Shown piece after piece: positions 13,487 to 21,310 of a stretch of DNA of 54,230 nucleotides. The translations under genes and the position numbers were made by a program. How positions within the stretch are numbered: the stretch's first letter is position 1; every line of letters starts with the position of its first letter. The notes beneath the pieces were generated by a model that saw nothing but the letters and a program-made list of their open reading frames with translations, made no database searches and was not told the DNA's origin. This DNA is from a virus (lineage: Duplodnaviria > Caudoviricetes), in IMG/VR virus record IMGVR_UViG_3300047554_000160, positions 1 through 54,230 of that record. The stretch is one strand, 5' to 3'.

Positions 13487-13944
13487 TCGTAGTCTTTCCG
13501 TTGCTTTTTATCAAAACCCATCTTGTCAAAGAGTTCTTCCTTGTCCTCTTTGGTCATCATTGATGCTAGAATCTTAATTTCTTCTAGCTTCATTGCAGGA
13601 TAAATTTCTTCCAACAGTTTTTCTATCTTGTTGGCTTTTTCTTTTGAACTAGCTTTTAGATATGTATATTTGACAGGCATTCCAACGCCGCAACTAGCAA
13701 ATAGTTGCCACAGCAACGGCTTATGTCCTTTGCTTAGTGTCCAGTGATTTATATTGACAAGATCATTAACTCGTTCTAGTACGAATTCGTAAGTTTCTGT
13801 ATCAACCTGTGGATTACTTACATATCTCATCAGGATGTAAGGACTGAACGCTTTCTTTTCTTCGTCAGTTAGATTTTTGTAAAAGTCGTGATTACGATCA
13901 TTTACACCTTTGAGTTCTCTGCCAATGTCAAGTTTTGCTGCCAT
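13483..13944 (-). CDS. Clamp-loader small subunit, T4 gp62-like (probable)
   Basis: AFSPYILMRYVS...VN...H..L.W; KYTYLK; lies in replication cluster; TAATG coupling gives start 13944. Confidence 0.6.
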   Translation of the reverse strand: MAAKLDIGRELKGVNDRNHDFYKNLTDEEKKAFSPYILMRYVSNPQVDTETYEFVLERVNDLVNINHWTLSKGHKPLLWQLFASCGVGMPVKYTYLKASSKEKANKIEKLLEEIYPAMKLEEIKILASMMTKEDKEELFDKMGFDKKQRKDYE

Positions 13945-14228
13945 TATACTGGATGCCACATTATGGGCTTTTCTTTCTGTTTAAGGTAATACAATACTTT
14001 AACACGATCTAGGGCTTCTTGCAACTCTTTGTCAGCCAATGCAGCCTGCCGAATATCATGCCAAAGTTGGGCATCTTTTGGACTGCTCATGTAATTTCTG
14101 TGATCCAATGGATCTCTGTGATAATTGTAGCCCACTACAGTCCTTTCAGTGCTGCCTTCCTCACGAGCATAGACAGTGTCACCTACTCGCTCGTAGATTA
14201 GTTTAACTCCGGGAGTAAGAGAACCCAT
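13944..14228 (-). CDS. Hypothetical protein
   Basis: 94-aa ORF with stop/start overlaps on both sides. Confidence 0.6.
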   Translation of the reverse strand: MGSLTPGVKLIYERVGDTVYAREEGSTERTVVGYNYHRDPLDHRNYMSSPKDAQLWHDIRQAALADKELQEALDRVKVLYYLKQKEKPIMWHPV

Positions 14229-14563
14229 TAGTGATTCCGTTTTCCGTCAAAGACACAGTTGAATACTAGGTGCATTTCGCCATCATTAATTACACGATGA
14301 AAAGCACCGTCTGGAATTAGAATGATGTCTCCCGAATTAACCCTAAATTTTTCTTCATCAACAATCATCATGCCAGTACCTTGAACAAAGAAATATACCT
14401 CTTCTTGTCCTGCATGGCTGTGTCCGCGAGTAGCTTGTCCTCTATACAATTTTGTCGAACTAAGAACAAGATTCTTTAAAGTTTTGTTGTCTTTGAGAAG
14501 ATATGTTTCGTTATCTTTAACAACTTCTCCGCCTATATCATGATTATGAAATTTAATTTGCAT
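14228..14563 (-). CDS. Cupin-domain protein
   Basis: GHSHAGQEEVYFFVQGTG and GDIILIPDGAFHRVIN cupin motifs; TGATG coupling gives start 14563. Confidence 0.88.
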   Translation of the reverse strand: MQIKFHNHDIGGEVVKDNETYLLKDNKTLKNLVLSSTKLYRGQATRGHSHAGQEEVYFFVQGTGMMIVDEEKFRVNSGDIILIPDGAFHRVINDGEMHLVFNCVFDGKRNH

Positions 14564-15066
14564 CACCAACACCTCGAATAATCGACAATTTCACTTTGTC
14601 TGCTAACCTCTTTAACAAAGTATGCACATGGAGGTTTAGGCTCATTGTTCAGTGGAGTACATAGAAGCTGGCCTGGCTTCATTTTAGGAAAATACCACTT
14701 AACATCTTGATAGACATCAATGATGTCAATGTCATAGAACTCGGGTCTAAAACTACTCAAAGGATTAAAAATAAAAGTTTTAAATCCTCGATCGTTTAGA
14801 CTAGTTAGTGGAATAATTTCCATTTCAGGACCTTCTGGATCGCCAACAATGGTGCACCAATCTAACGGCATATTAACAGTATATGGTCCTACCTTTAGCA
14901 CTGCCGCAGGTGCTGTAAAACTTTCCAAGAAAATTAATGGAATATGAAAGTAGTCAGGATTTTGATTGTCGCTGTTATCTAAAACTGCAAACCTTAAATC
15001 ATCATCAACTTCCTCTGGTAAGTCGTTTAAGTGATATATTTTATTTTCTAATGTTAAAATTTGCAT
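14563..15066 (-). CDS. Hypothetical all-beta protein (possibly a degenerate Hint-like fold)
   Basis: 167-aa ORF coupled to UvsW by TAATG; the fold suggestion is pattern-based only. Confidence 0.6.
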   Translation of the reverse strand: MQILTLENKIYHLNDLPEEVDDDLRFAVLDNSDNQNPDYFHIPLIFLESFTAPAAVLKVGPYTVNMPLDWCTIVGDPEGPEMEIIPLTSLNDRGFKTFIFNPLSSFRPEFYDIDIIDVYQDVKWYFPKMKPGQLLCTPLNNEPKPPCAYFVKEVSRQSEIVDYSRCW

Positions 15067-16523
15067 TAGTATTTTACCTTTTCAATAGCGAACGGATACT
15101 TCGCTTCCTTATAGAATTTCTTTCGTTCAGTAAGATGTCTCTTTGCATATTTCGTTGCCGCAGTAATATCCCAGATCTGTACGAAGTCTTTGTCGTCTGC
15201 TTTTCTAATGCCTCGCCCAATAGACTGTATAACTCTTGTAAAGCTCTTTCCGGCTTCCACCATAACCAGATTAAAAATACGAGGGATATTAATACCCACA
15301 GCGGCCACACCATAAGTCGCCACAATAATCTTGTTGTCAGCAGTTTTAACTTCATCGTATTCTTCTTTTCTGTCTTTAGTTTTTACTTCACCAGAAATAA
15401 AAACTGCATCTGGTATGTTCTCTACAATTATACGCCCGGTTTCAATTCTGTCAACCAAGACTAGTGTATTTCCGCTTTCTGCAATACCTTTTATCAGTTT
15501 GCTCATCCAGGTAATACGATCTTTGTCAGTGACTAGATATTTTAGTTCGGCTGGATAACTTTCAAACTCTTTCCATTCGGCAGTTTGAATAACATTCACA
15601 TGACATGCGCTCAACACACCTTTTTCTTGAAGTTCGTGTGCGGCAACTTTATGAACAACTTCGCCTAGGCCGGCGCGAATATTCATAAATTCAATGTCTT
15701 CTTTAGGTACTGTTCCAGTTAGTCCCCAACGAATCGAACAGTTGGCAAGATTTTGTGTCAATAGTTTTTTCAACACATCTGCCTTGGCCATATGAACTTC
15801 ATCAACGATAACTGTTTGAACACCGTTGAGAAATTCTGCCAATGTTAGGATGTCATCATCTGTGGTATTTTTGGATTTTTTGTCTAAAATATTCAAACTT
15901 TGCCAAGTGCAGATAGTATGTGTTTTATCTAAGTCTTTTCGATCTCCGTAATACACACCTACATCAAGCTGACAGTTGATAAAATCTTCCTCTGTTTGCT
16001 CAACAAGACTTTTGTTAGGAACAATGGTTATTGTTCGACCATATTTTTCACAAATTTTACTCAAAGTTGCGGTGGTAATGGTCTTGCCAAAACCAGTAGC
16101 AATCTCTTGAATACACTGAGGATTCTCTAAAAACTTATTGACTACTTCGACTTGGTCATCGCGTAGTCGAATAGGTTCTCCTGCAAAACGATGTCCTTCA
16201 GGCCAACACAGCTCACCCCAAAAATCTTCGGAAATTTTCTCAAATTTTAGCTCAACTGGGATACGATGATCTTCAAGTACTGGATCATATCCTTGACGGA
16301 TGAGCTCTTCAATAACCTCAGGGAGGATGCTCATGTAAGTGGTACCGCCTAGGCCAAAGAAACTGGTACAGCCATCCCACCTACCTAATTTGTATGCTGG
16401 TAGGTAACGAGCTTTTTGGTCAAAAAACTTGAATTTCTTGACCAGATCCTTTCGAGTGTCTAGGTCAAGGTTTTCAATTTTAACATTGACCTCGTCTTTG
16501 ATTACAATTTTACAATAGGCCAA
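15066..16523 (-). CDS. uvsW: UvsW-like SF2 DNA helicase
   Basis: LRDDQ Q-motif, ATGFGKT, VDEVH, GLTGT, VGINIP, QSIGRGIR. Confidence 0.9.
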   Translation of the reverse strand: MAYCKIVIKDEVNVKIENLDLDTRKDLVKKFKFFDQKARYLPAYKLGRWDGCTSFFGLGGTTYMSILPEVIEELIRQGYDPVLEDHRIPVELKFEKISEDFWGELCWPEGHRFAGEPIRLRDDQVEVVNKFLENPQCIQEIATGFGKTITTATLSKICEKYGRTITIVPNKSLVEQTEEDFINCQLDVGVYYGDRKDLDKTHTICTWQSLNILDKKSKNTTDDDILTLAEFLNGVQTVIVDEVHMAKADVLKKLLTQNLANCSIRWGLTGTVPKEDIEFMNIRAGLGEVVHKVAAHELQEKGVLSACHVNVIQTAEWKEFESYPAELKYLVTDKDRITWMSKLIKGIAESGNTLVLVDRIETGRIIVENIPDAVFISGEVKTKDRKEEYDEVKTADNKIIVATYGVAAVGINIPRIFNLVMVEAGKSFTRVIQSIGRGIRKADDKDFVQIWDITAATKYAKRHLTERKKFYKEAKYPFAIEKVKY

Positions 16524-17712
16524 ACTGATATCCTGTTTTATTCTTATCTGTATATCTTATAACATCTGGGCGATTGTCTAAGTAGGTGCTGATGCTGTAA
16601 TGCACCCCTGACAAACTGCCTAAATTCAATATTAGTTTAAAATCTATGCCAGATTTAATCAATGGCTTAGGAATCTTTTGACTAACAAAAACTACCTTGG
16701 TATTTTCGTCCAAGGGGTTGTTTAAATTTTCTTGTTTAATAAATTCATTCAACAAGTTGCCTGTACTGTTAGGCAATCTAAACAACACACTGATGTCTTT
16801 TTCAGGAATTCCTTGCTTTTTTAACCACAAAGCCCAGGCCTTTAGTGAAAAGAATTCATTGTATCCTGGAATAACGATCAAAGCTGGCAAATTATGTTTG
16901 AACAGGGTTGATAGTTGATCAACGGGATTTTCATTCAGGTCGAATTCTAGACTATTTGGTCTCGATTCTTGCAAAAATGAAGTCAAAACAGGCGAAAAAT
17001 TTGCATTTTCCATCAATTTTTCGACATTTTCGTCCCATGTTGAAATTCCGTAGTATTTGGCCAATAGCAGTGTTTCTGCAACATCATTAGATGTCGGCTG
17101 TGGAATGGTATGATGCGTGTTGATGAATGAAAACTTCTCACCGTCATGTACCACCATGGGCAAATGATCTTCAATTTTCTCTAAAATTTCGGAAATTTCG
17201 TCAAAATAGCGGGCAAACTCTTCATCCACTGTAAAGCCGAGATTTACAATGTTATAGGCAATCCAATGGATGTTAGATTCTTCGAGAGCAAACTTCCATA
17301 CCTTGTTATCAGCGTCCCACTCACAAAGCTTCATGTGATGCAGGTCCCTATATTTTCTGATTTTTGACACCAGATCTTCATTATAGGGGAATTTTACCAC
17401 AATTTCCTTGTCTCGGACCGTAATGCTCTTTTCATAGGTCGCCGGTTCGACTATGGGAAATCTAAATTCCGGATTGTCTAGTGCATCATGTGCATCTGCA
17501 CCTAAGTACATGGCCAATTGATTCCTGTATTTTTGACAAAGTCTCAAAACAAGAGCTCGTTGCTTCTCAGTAAATCCTTTTCCAATGGAGGGATTTTGAG
17601 CCAAGCTGGTAACAACCTTCTTATCCATGTCCCAGAGAGAAATTTCTGGGTCGAACATGTATTGTCCAGAGTTCCCAAGCCTGCAAATTAGGTCTTCGAT
17701 GTATAGTTTCAT
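16510..17712 (-). CDS. Hypothetical protein with HARP-like segment
   Basis: VKFPYNEDLVSKIRK...WDADNKVWKF; sits between uvsY and uvsW. Confidence 0.55.
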   Translation of the reverse strand: MKLYIEDLICRLGNSGQYMFDPEISLWDMDKKVVTSLAQNPSIGKGFTEKQRALVLRLCQKYRNQLAMYLGADAHDALDNPEFRFPIVEPATYEKSITVRDKEIVVKFPYNEDLVSKIRKYRDLHHMKLCEWDADNKVWKFALEESNIHWIAYNIVNLGFTVDEEFARYFDEISEILEKIEDHLPMVVHDGEKFSFINTHHTIPQPTSNDVAETLLLAKYYGISTWDENVEKLMENANFSPVLTSFLQESRPNSLEFDLNENPVDQLSTLFKHNLPALIVIPGYNEFFSLKAWALWLKKQGIPEKDISVLFRLPNSTGNLLNEFIKQENLNNPLDENTKVVFVSQKIPKPLIKSGIDFKLILNLGSLSGVHYSISTYLDNRPDVIRYTDKNKTGYQFGLL

Positions 17713-17714
17713 GA

Positions 17715-18170
17715 TTATATCGTCACATCTTCCATACCTGCTGTACGGAGTTTAATAATATTGCTTACCTGCCACTGTTTAATGTCTAGTCCCTTGATTA
17801 TACCTAACCATTGGTTGCGTAGTAGAGCAAATTCGTTGATGATTTTCTCCATATCAACAACATCTGCTTCGCCTTCGACATATTTTTCGACATCTCTTGA
17901 GCTTAATGCTCTCTGATAGTTTTCTAAATATTTTTTAAACGTCTTAGACTTGAGTCGTCGCAACTCTATGTTCAAATATTCAAGGATACCTTCAATTTCT
18001 TGGAGTTGATTGAATCTATGCGCTACAATGCCTGGCAAAGAAGCAGAGGCCTTCTCCACGTTTCCGTAGATCTTGACCTCTTTCTTAGCTTCTTCTAACT
18101 CAGAGTAGTAATAATCAATACAGCCTGGTAAGTGAGCAATATCCTTGCTTACTTTGCTGTACCAATTCAT
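17715..18170 (-). CDS. uvsY: UvsY-like recombination mediator (start revised to MNWYSK)
   Basis: Helical 151-aa protein; YLE.Y.RALS.RDVEKYVEGE...KQWQVSNIIKLR; next to uvsX; TAATG coupling. Confidence 0.75.
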   Translation of the reverse strand: MNWYSKVSKDIAHLPGCIDYYYSELEEAKKEVKIYGNVEKASASLPGIVAHRFNQLQEIEGILEYLNIELRRLKSKTFKKYLENYQRALSSRDVEKYVEGEADVVDMEKIINEFALLRNQWLGIIKGLDIKQWQVSNIIKLRTAGMEDVTI

Positions 18171-18421
18171 TAATAATCCTCGTCTTCGTCGTAGTAATCG
18201 CCTTCGGCCTCGTCTTCGCTCCACTCAGCTTGCTCATCAACTACTGCCTTGATGGCAATGTCGAGATGAGGGTCATACCCCATGAGCGCTTCGAGTGCAG
18301 GAACCTCAATATCTTTACCTAAAAGGTAATCGACATACTGATGTGCCGCTACTTCCTTGTTTTTGTCTGAGATATACTCGCGGAAAGTATCCCAGATCTC
18401 CATGATTAGACTTTCATCCAT
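18170..18421 (-). CDS. Small acidic hypothetical protein
   Basis: 83 aa with D/E-rich tail; TAATG overlaps on both sides. Confidence 0.7.
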   Translation of the reverse strand: MDESLIMEIWDTFREYISDKNKEVAAHQYVDYLLGKDIEVPALEALMGYDPHLDIAIKAVVDEQAEWSEDEAEGDYYDEDEDY

Positions 18422-19476
18422 TATGCTTCCTCGGTTACTTCATCTGTTGGAGCAGGAATAACAATAGTTTCATCCCACTCGTCCATAATGACCTTTAATT
18501 TATCTTCTGTCCAGTTTTTACGAAATTCTGAATGAACTTCGCCGGTCTCTTTGCTTACATATTGTAGCTTATTTCCGCTTTTTGTCAAGACACCTTTTGC
18601 TTCAAACAGATCAACTAGTCCGCTTGTGGGACTCATACCTGTTGTATAAGGAATCTCAACCTGAACAGCTTCAAAAGGTTTGGCATAACGTGTTTTCATG
18701 ATTTTACATGCTGAACGAATACCATGTACTTCAGAAGTTTTGTTGCCGTCTGCATCAACTTTAAGTTTGAGCTTACGCATAGCAACAACAATGGAACTGG
18801 CATAGATAAAGCCTTGACCACCACTGATTTTATCATCCGGGTCAAACATGTCTTGGCTTGCGTATGTGTGATTGGTACAGACCAAACCAACATTATACGA
18901 ACCAAACATATTAACACAGTTACGAACCAATGCAGTCAATGCCTTAGGCTTACGGCCCATGTCACCTTTTAGGTCGCCCGCTTCAAACTGATTCAAGTCA
19001 GTAGGGGTCAGTAACATACCAAGACTGTCTATGACAAACAAAACTTTGGGACGTTCTTCCTGAGGCATTGCCTTATACTCTTTCATGAATTCACTAATGG
19101 TTTTTGCCACGTCGTCAATCATTGCCATGTTGAGTTTTAGCAACTTATCATCGCTTGTATCTACACCTAGCGCCTCTAACCATGCTTGGTCAAGTGCGTT
19201 TTCGCTATCAACTAAGATAACATAGATGCCCTGCTCTTGTGCGTTCTTGATAATGTTTCCGGAACAGATATACGATTTACCTGCGCCAGACTCACCTGCA
19301 AACACTGTAACTTTGCCAAGGGGGACTCCCTTGTTGAAGTCCCCCGAGATCAAATAGTTAAGAGCATAGTTTCCAGTACTGATCCAGTCAGTAGGGTCGT
19401 TAAATCCAATACCTAAGCCGTCGATAGACTTGGTGATAGATTTACGAAACTTAGAAATGTCAAATGCTTTAGCCAT
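18421..19476 (-). CDS. uvsX: UvsX/RecA-like recombinase
   Basis: ISTGNYALNYLISG, AGESGAGKS, VDSENALD, VIDSLGML, TNHTY, SGGQG; GGAGG RBS. Confidence 0.93.
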   Translation of the reverse strand: MAKAFDISKFRKSITKSIDGLGIGFNDPTDWISTGNYALNYLISGDFNKGVPLGKVTVFAGESGAGKSYICSGNIIKNAQEQGIYVILVDSENALDQAWLEALGVDTSDDKLLKLNMAMIDDVAKTISEFMKEYKAMPQEERPKVLFVIDSLGMLLTPTDLNQFEAGDLKGDMGRKPKALTALVRNCVNMFGSYNVGLVCTNHTYASQDMFDPDDKISGGQGFIYASSIVVAMRKLKLKVDADGNKTSEVHGIRSACKIMKTRYAKPFEAVQVEIPYTTGMSPTSGLVDLFEAKGVLTKSGNKLQYVSKETGEVHSEFRKNWTEDKLKVIMDEWDETIVIPAPTDEVTEEA

Positions 19477-19490
19477 ATTGACCTCCTAAA

Positions 19491-20477
19491 TTATTGACCA
19501 GAACGGGCTTTGATTTTTGCTAGGATGTCCTGAGCACGGCTGGATGCTTCACTACCACCGGAACTTGCTGGAGCAGGTGCTGCCGCCTTTGGTTCTTCCC
19601 AAGGTGCGTCATCTGCGCTTTCTGCTACTGGAGCAGGTGCAGGTGCTGCCTTTGGTGCTGCCGCAGGAGCAGAAGAACCTGCTGGTGCGTTGTAGCCACT
19701 TGGCTTAAAGTATTGACCCCAACGTTCCATGTCAAATGCTTCGCCATCAACTGATGCCTCAAACATTTCTTTCATGACTTTGAGTTCAACTTCACCTGGC
19801 TTCTTAGGTAAGAAGTCCTTGAGATTGAAGGCGCCGTACTGAGTAAGAGCCGACTGTTCTTCATCATTTAGAGCACGTTCGCGACGAGCCCAGTTGGATG
19901 TAGAGTAGTCTGCGTATCCGCCCTTGCTAGTTTTAACAATGCGGAAATCAACACCGCGAAGGGTGTCTGTTGGCAATTCTTCCATATCAGGGTCAAGCAG
20001 AGCTGCCTTGATAATGTTGAAGATTTGACTACCGATGATGAATCGGCGAATTGGATTTTCTGGAAGTTTTCCATCTTCCTTGTACTGGCTATCGACTACA
20101 AAGCCTTGGAAGAGGTAACTCTTCTTTTTCCAGTATTTACGACCCATTTCTTCTAGGCTCTTGTCCTTGAACCAAGGACGAACTTCTGTAAGAATAGGAC
20201 ATGTTTCGCCCCACATTTCCATACATGGGACTTGCACAGTCACAGGCTTGGAATTGGCTTCGCCTTTAACTCCGGCGAATGGCAATTTGATCATTGCACG
20301 TTCAATCCAGAAGAAAGTGTTGTTAGGGTCTGCATCCGCGACAAAACGAACTGTTGCTGTTTGTCCTTCTGCGATATTCCAATGGGGGTAAATTGCGTTG
20401 TCTCCGCCGGTCGAGCCACCGCCGTTTTGTTGAGATGCTTGTTGAAGTTTTGCTCGGATTTCTGCTAAAGTTGCCAT
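19491..20477 (-). CDS. Single-stranded DNA-binding protein, T4 gp32-like
   Basis: ATVRF, CMEMWGETCPIL, RKYWKK.SY, DFRIVKT.KGGYADYSTS; low-complexity C-tail; next to uvsX. Confidence 0.85.
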   Translation of the reverse strand: MATLAEIRAKLQQASQQNGGGSTGGDNAIYPHWNIAEGQTATVRFVADADPNNTFFWIERAMIKLPFAGVKGEANSKPVTVQVPCMEMWGETCPILTEVRPWFKDKSLEEMGRKYWKKKSYLFQGFVVDSQYKEDGKLPENPIRRFIIGSQIFNIIKAALLDPDMEELPTDTLRGVDFRIVKTSKGGYADYSTSNWARRERALNDEEQSALTQYGAFNLKDFLPKKPGEVELKVMKEMFEASVDGEAFDMERWGQYFKPSGYNAPAGSSAPAAAPKAAPAPAPVAESADDAPWEEPKAAAPAPASSGGSEASSRAQDILAKIKARSGQ

Positions 20478-20532
20478 AATGATTTTTCCTTAAAATGTTT
20501 TTATTATGCCTCTTCTTTAAAGCCCACTGACT

Positions 20533-20586
20533 AAAAAGAAAAACTGTGCATGTGTTTAGTATGCACAGTTTTATTTATCATTGCAA
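20533..20586 (-). promoter_or_regulatory. gp32 control region: 12-bp inverted repeat (AAAACTGTGCAT/ATGCACAGTTTT) plus U tract, overlapping TTGCAA-N17-CATACT and a TAAATA box
   Basis: Arms at 20540-20551 and 20561-20572; -35 at 20581-20586, -10 at 20558-20563; TAAATA at 20572-20577. Confidence 0.6.
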
Positions 20587-20601
20587 CCTAAATGGCTTAA
20601 A

Positions 20602-21264
20602 TTATTGACTAGGTTCTGCCAACATGTGATAATGAAGATCGTACATTTCTTTACCATTATGCTTGCCGTCAAATACTCTGTAGGGCTCGCCTGCGTATCC
20701 TGGAAACTTATATTCTGTTACAACATACCCAAGGTCATTTAAGAAATTTACCACTTCTTCGTATTTGGCATCGTCAAAGTACATGTGAAAATGGAATTCA
20801 ATTGCTAGTGTAGGTTTAAATTGTTTGATGAATTCTTTACCACCTAAAATAACATCTAAGTCACTACCTTCAGTATCAATTTTTACCAGTACTCTATCTC
20901 CAGCAGTTGCTTCTGGAATTAAACTGTCAAGTGTAATAGTTTTGATATTTTCTTCGGATCGGTCAAGTTCGGAATATAAATCTTTTCCGAATACAGAAAA
21001 TTGACCGGAATCAGCCGAAGGTGTGTGGATTGATTTTTCCACTCCTAGTTCATTTGAACAGATGTTTTTTAAGAACTTAACCTTATTCTGCTGATCATTT
21101 ATTTTGGTTTTGGCAGCATCCATTGCTTCTGACGATGGCTCAACGAAAACAATCTTCTTGTAATCATCATATACTGCGGACGACCACATGCCTACATTTC
21201 CGCCAATGTCAATAAACAGATCGCCGTGAAAATCGTACTCAAACGATTCTAATTTTTTAATCAT
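20602..21264 (-). CDS. FkbM-family SAM-dependent methyltransferase
   Basis: FIDIGGNVG motif I, VEP, TITLD, VKIDTEGSD..VI.G, P.L.IEFH. Confidence 0.88.
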   Translation of the reverse strand: MIKKLESFEYDFHGDLFIDIGGNVGMWSSAVYDDYKKIVFVEPSSEAMDAAKTKINDQQNKVKFLKNICSNELGVEKSIHTPSADSGQFSVFGKDLYSELDRSEENIKTITLDSLIPEATAGDRVLVKIDTEGSDLDVILGGKEFIKQFKPTLAIEFHFHMYFDDAKYEEVVNFLNDLGYVVTEYKFPGYAGEPYRVFDGKHNGKEMYDLHYHMLAEPSQ

Positions 21265-21265
21265 A

Positions 21266-21303
21266 AGACCTCACAAATTTTATATAATTATCTTGTGAGG
21301 TCT
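21266..21303 (-). promoter_or_regulatory. 11-bp hairpin (AGACCTCACAA/TTGTGAGGTCT) covering the FkbM ribosome-binding site
   Basis: The downstream arm contains GAGG and ends 1 nt before the ATG; 16-nt AT-rich loop. Confidence 0.65.
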
Positions 21304-21310
21304 AGTTGAT

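Noticed and set aside
18171-18224. Arg-rich N-terminal extension MERRRGRRR of the UvsY ORF
   Set aside because: Alternate-frame reading of the upstream gene's acidic tail; the TAATG overlap supports the start at 18170.
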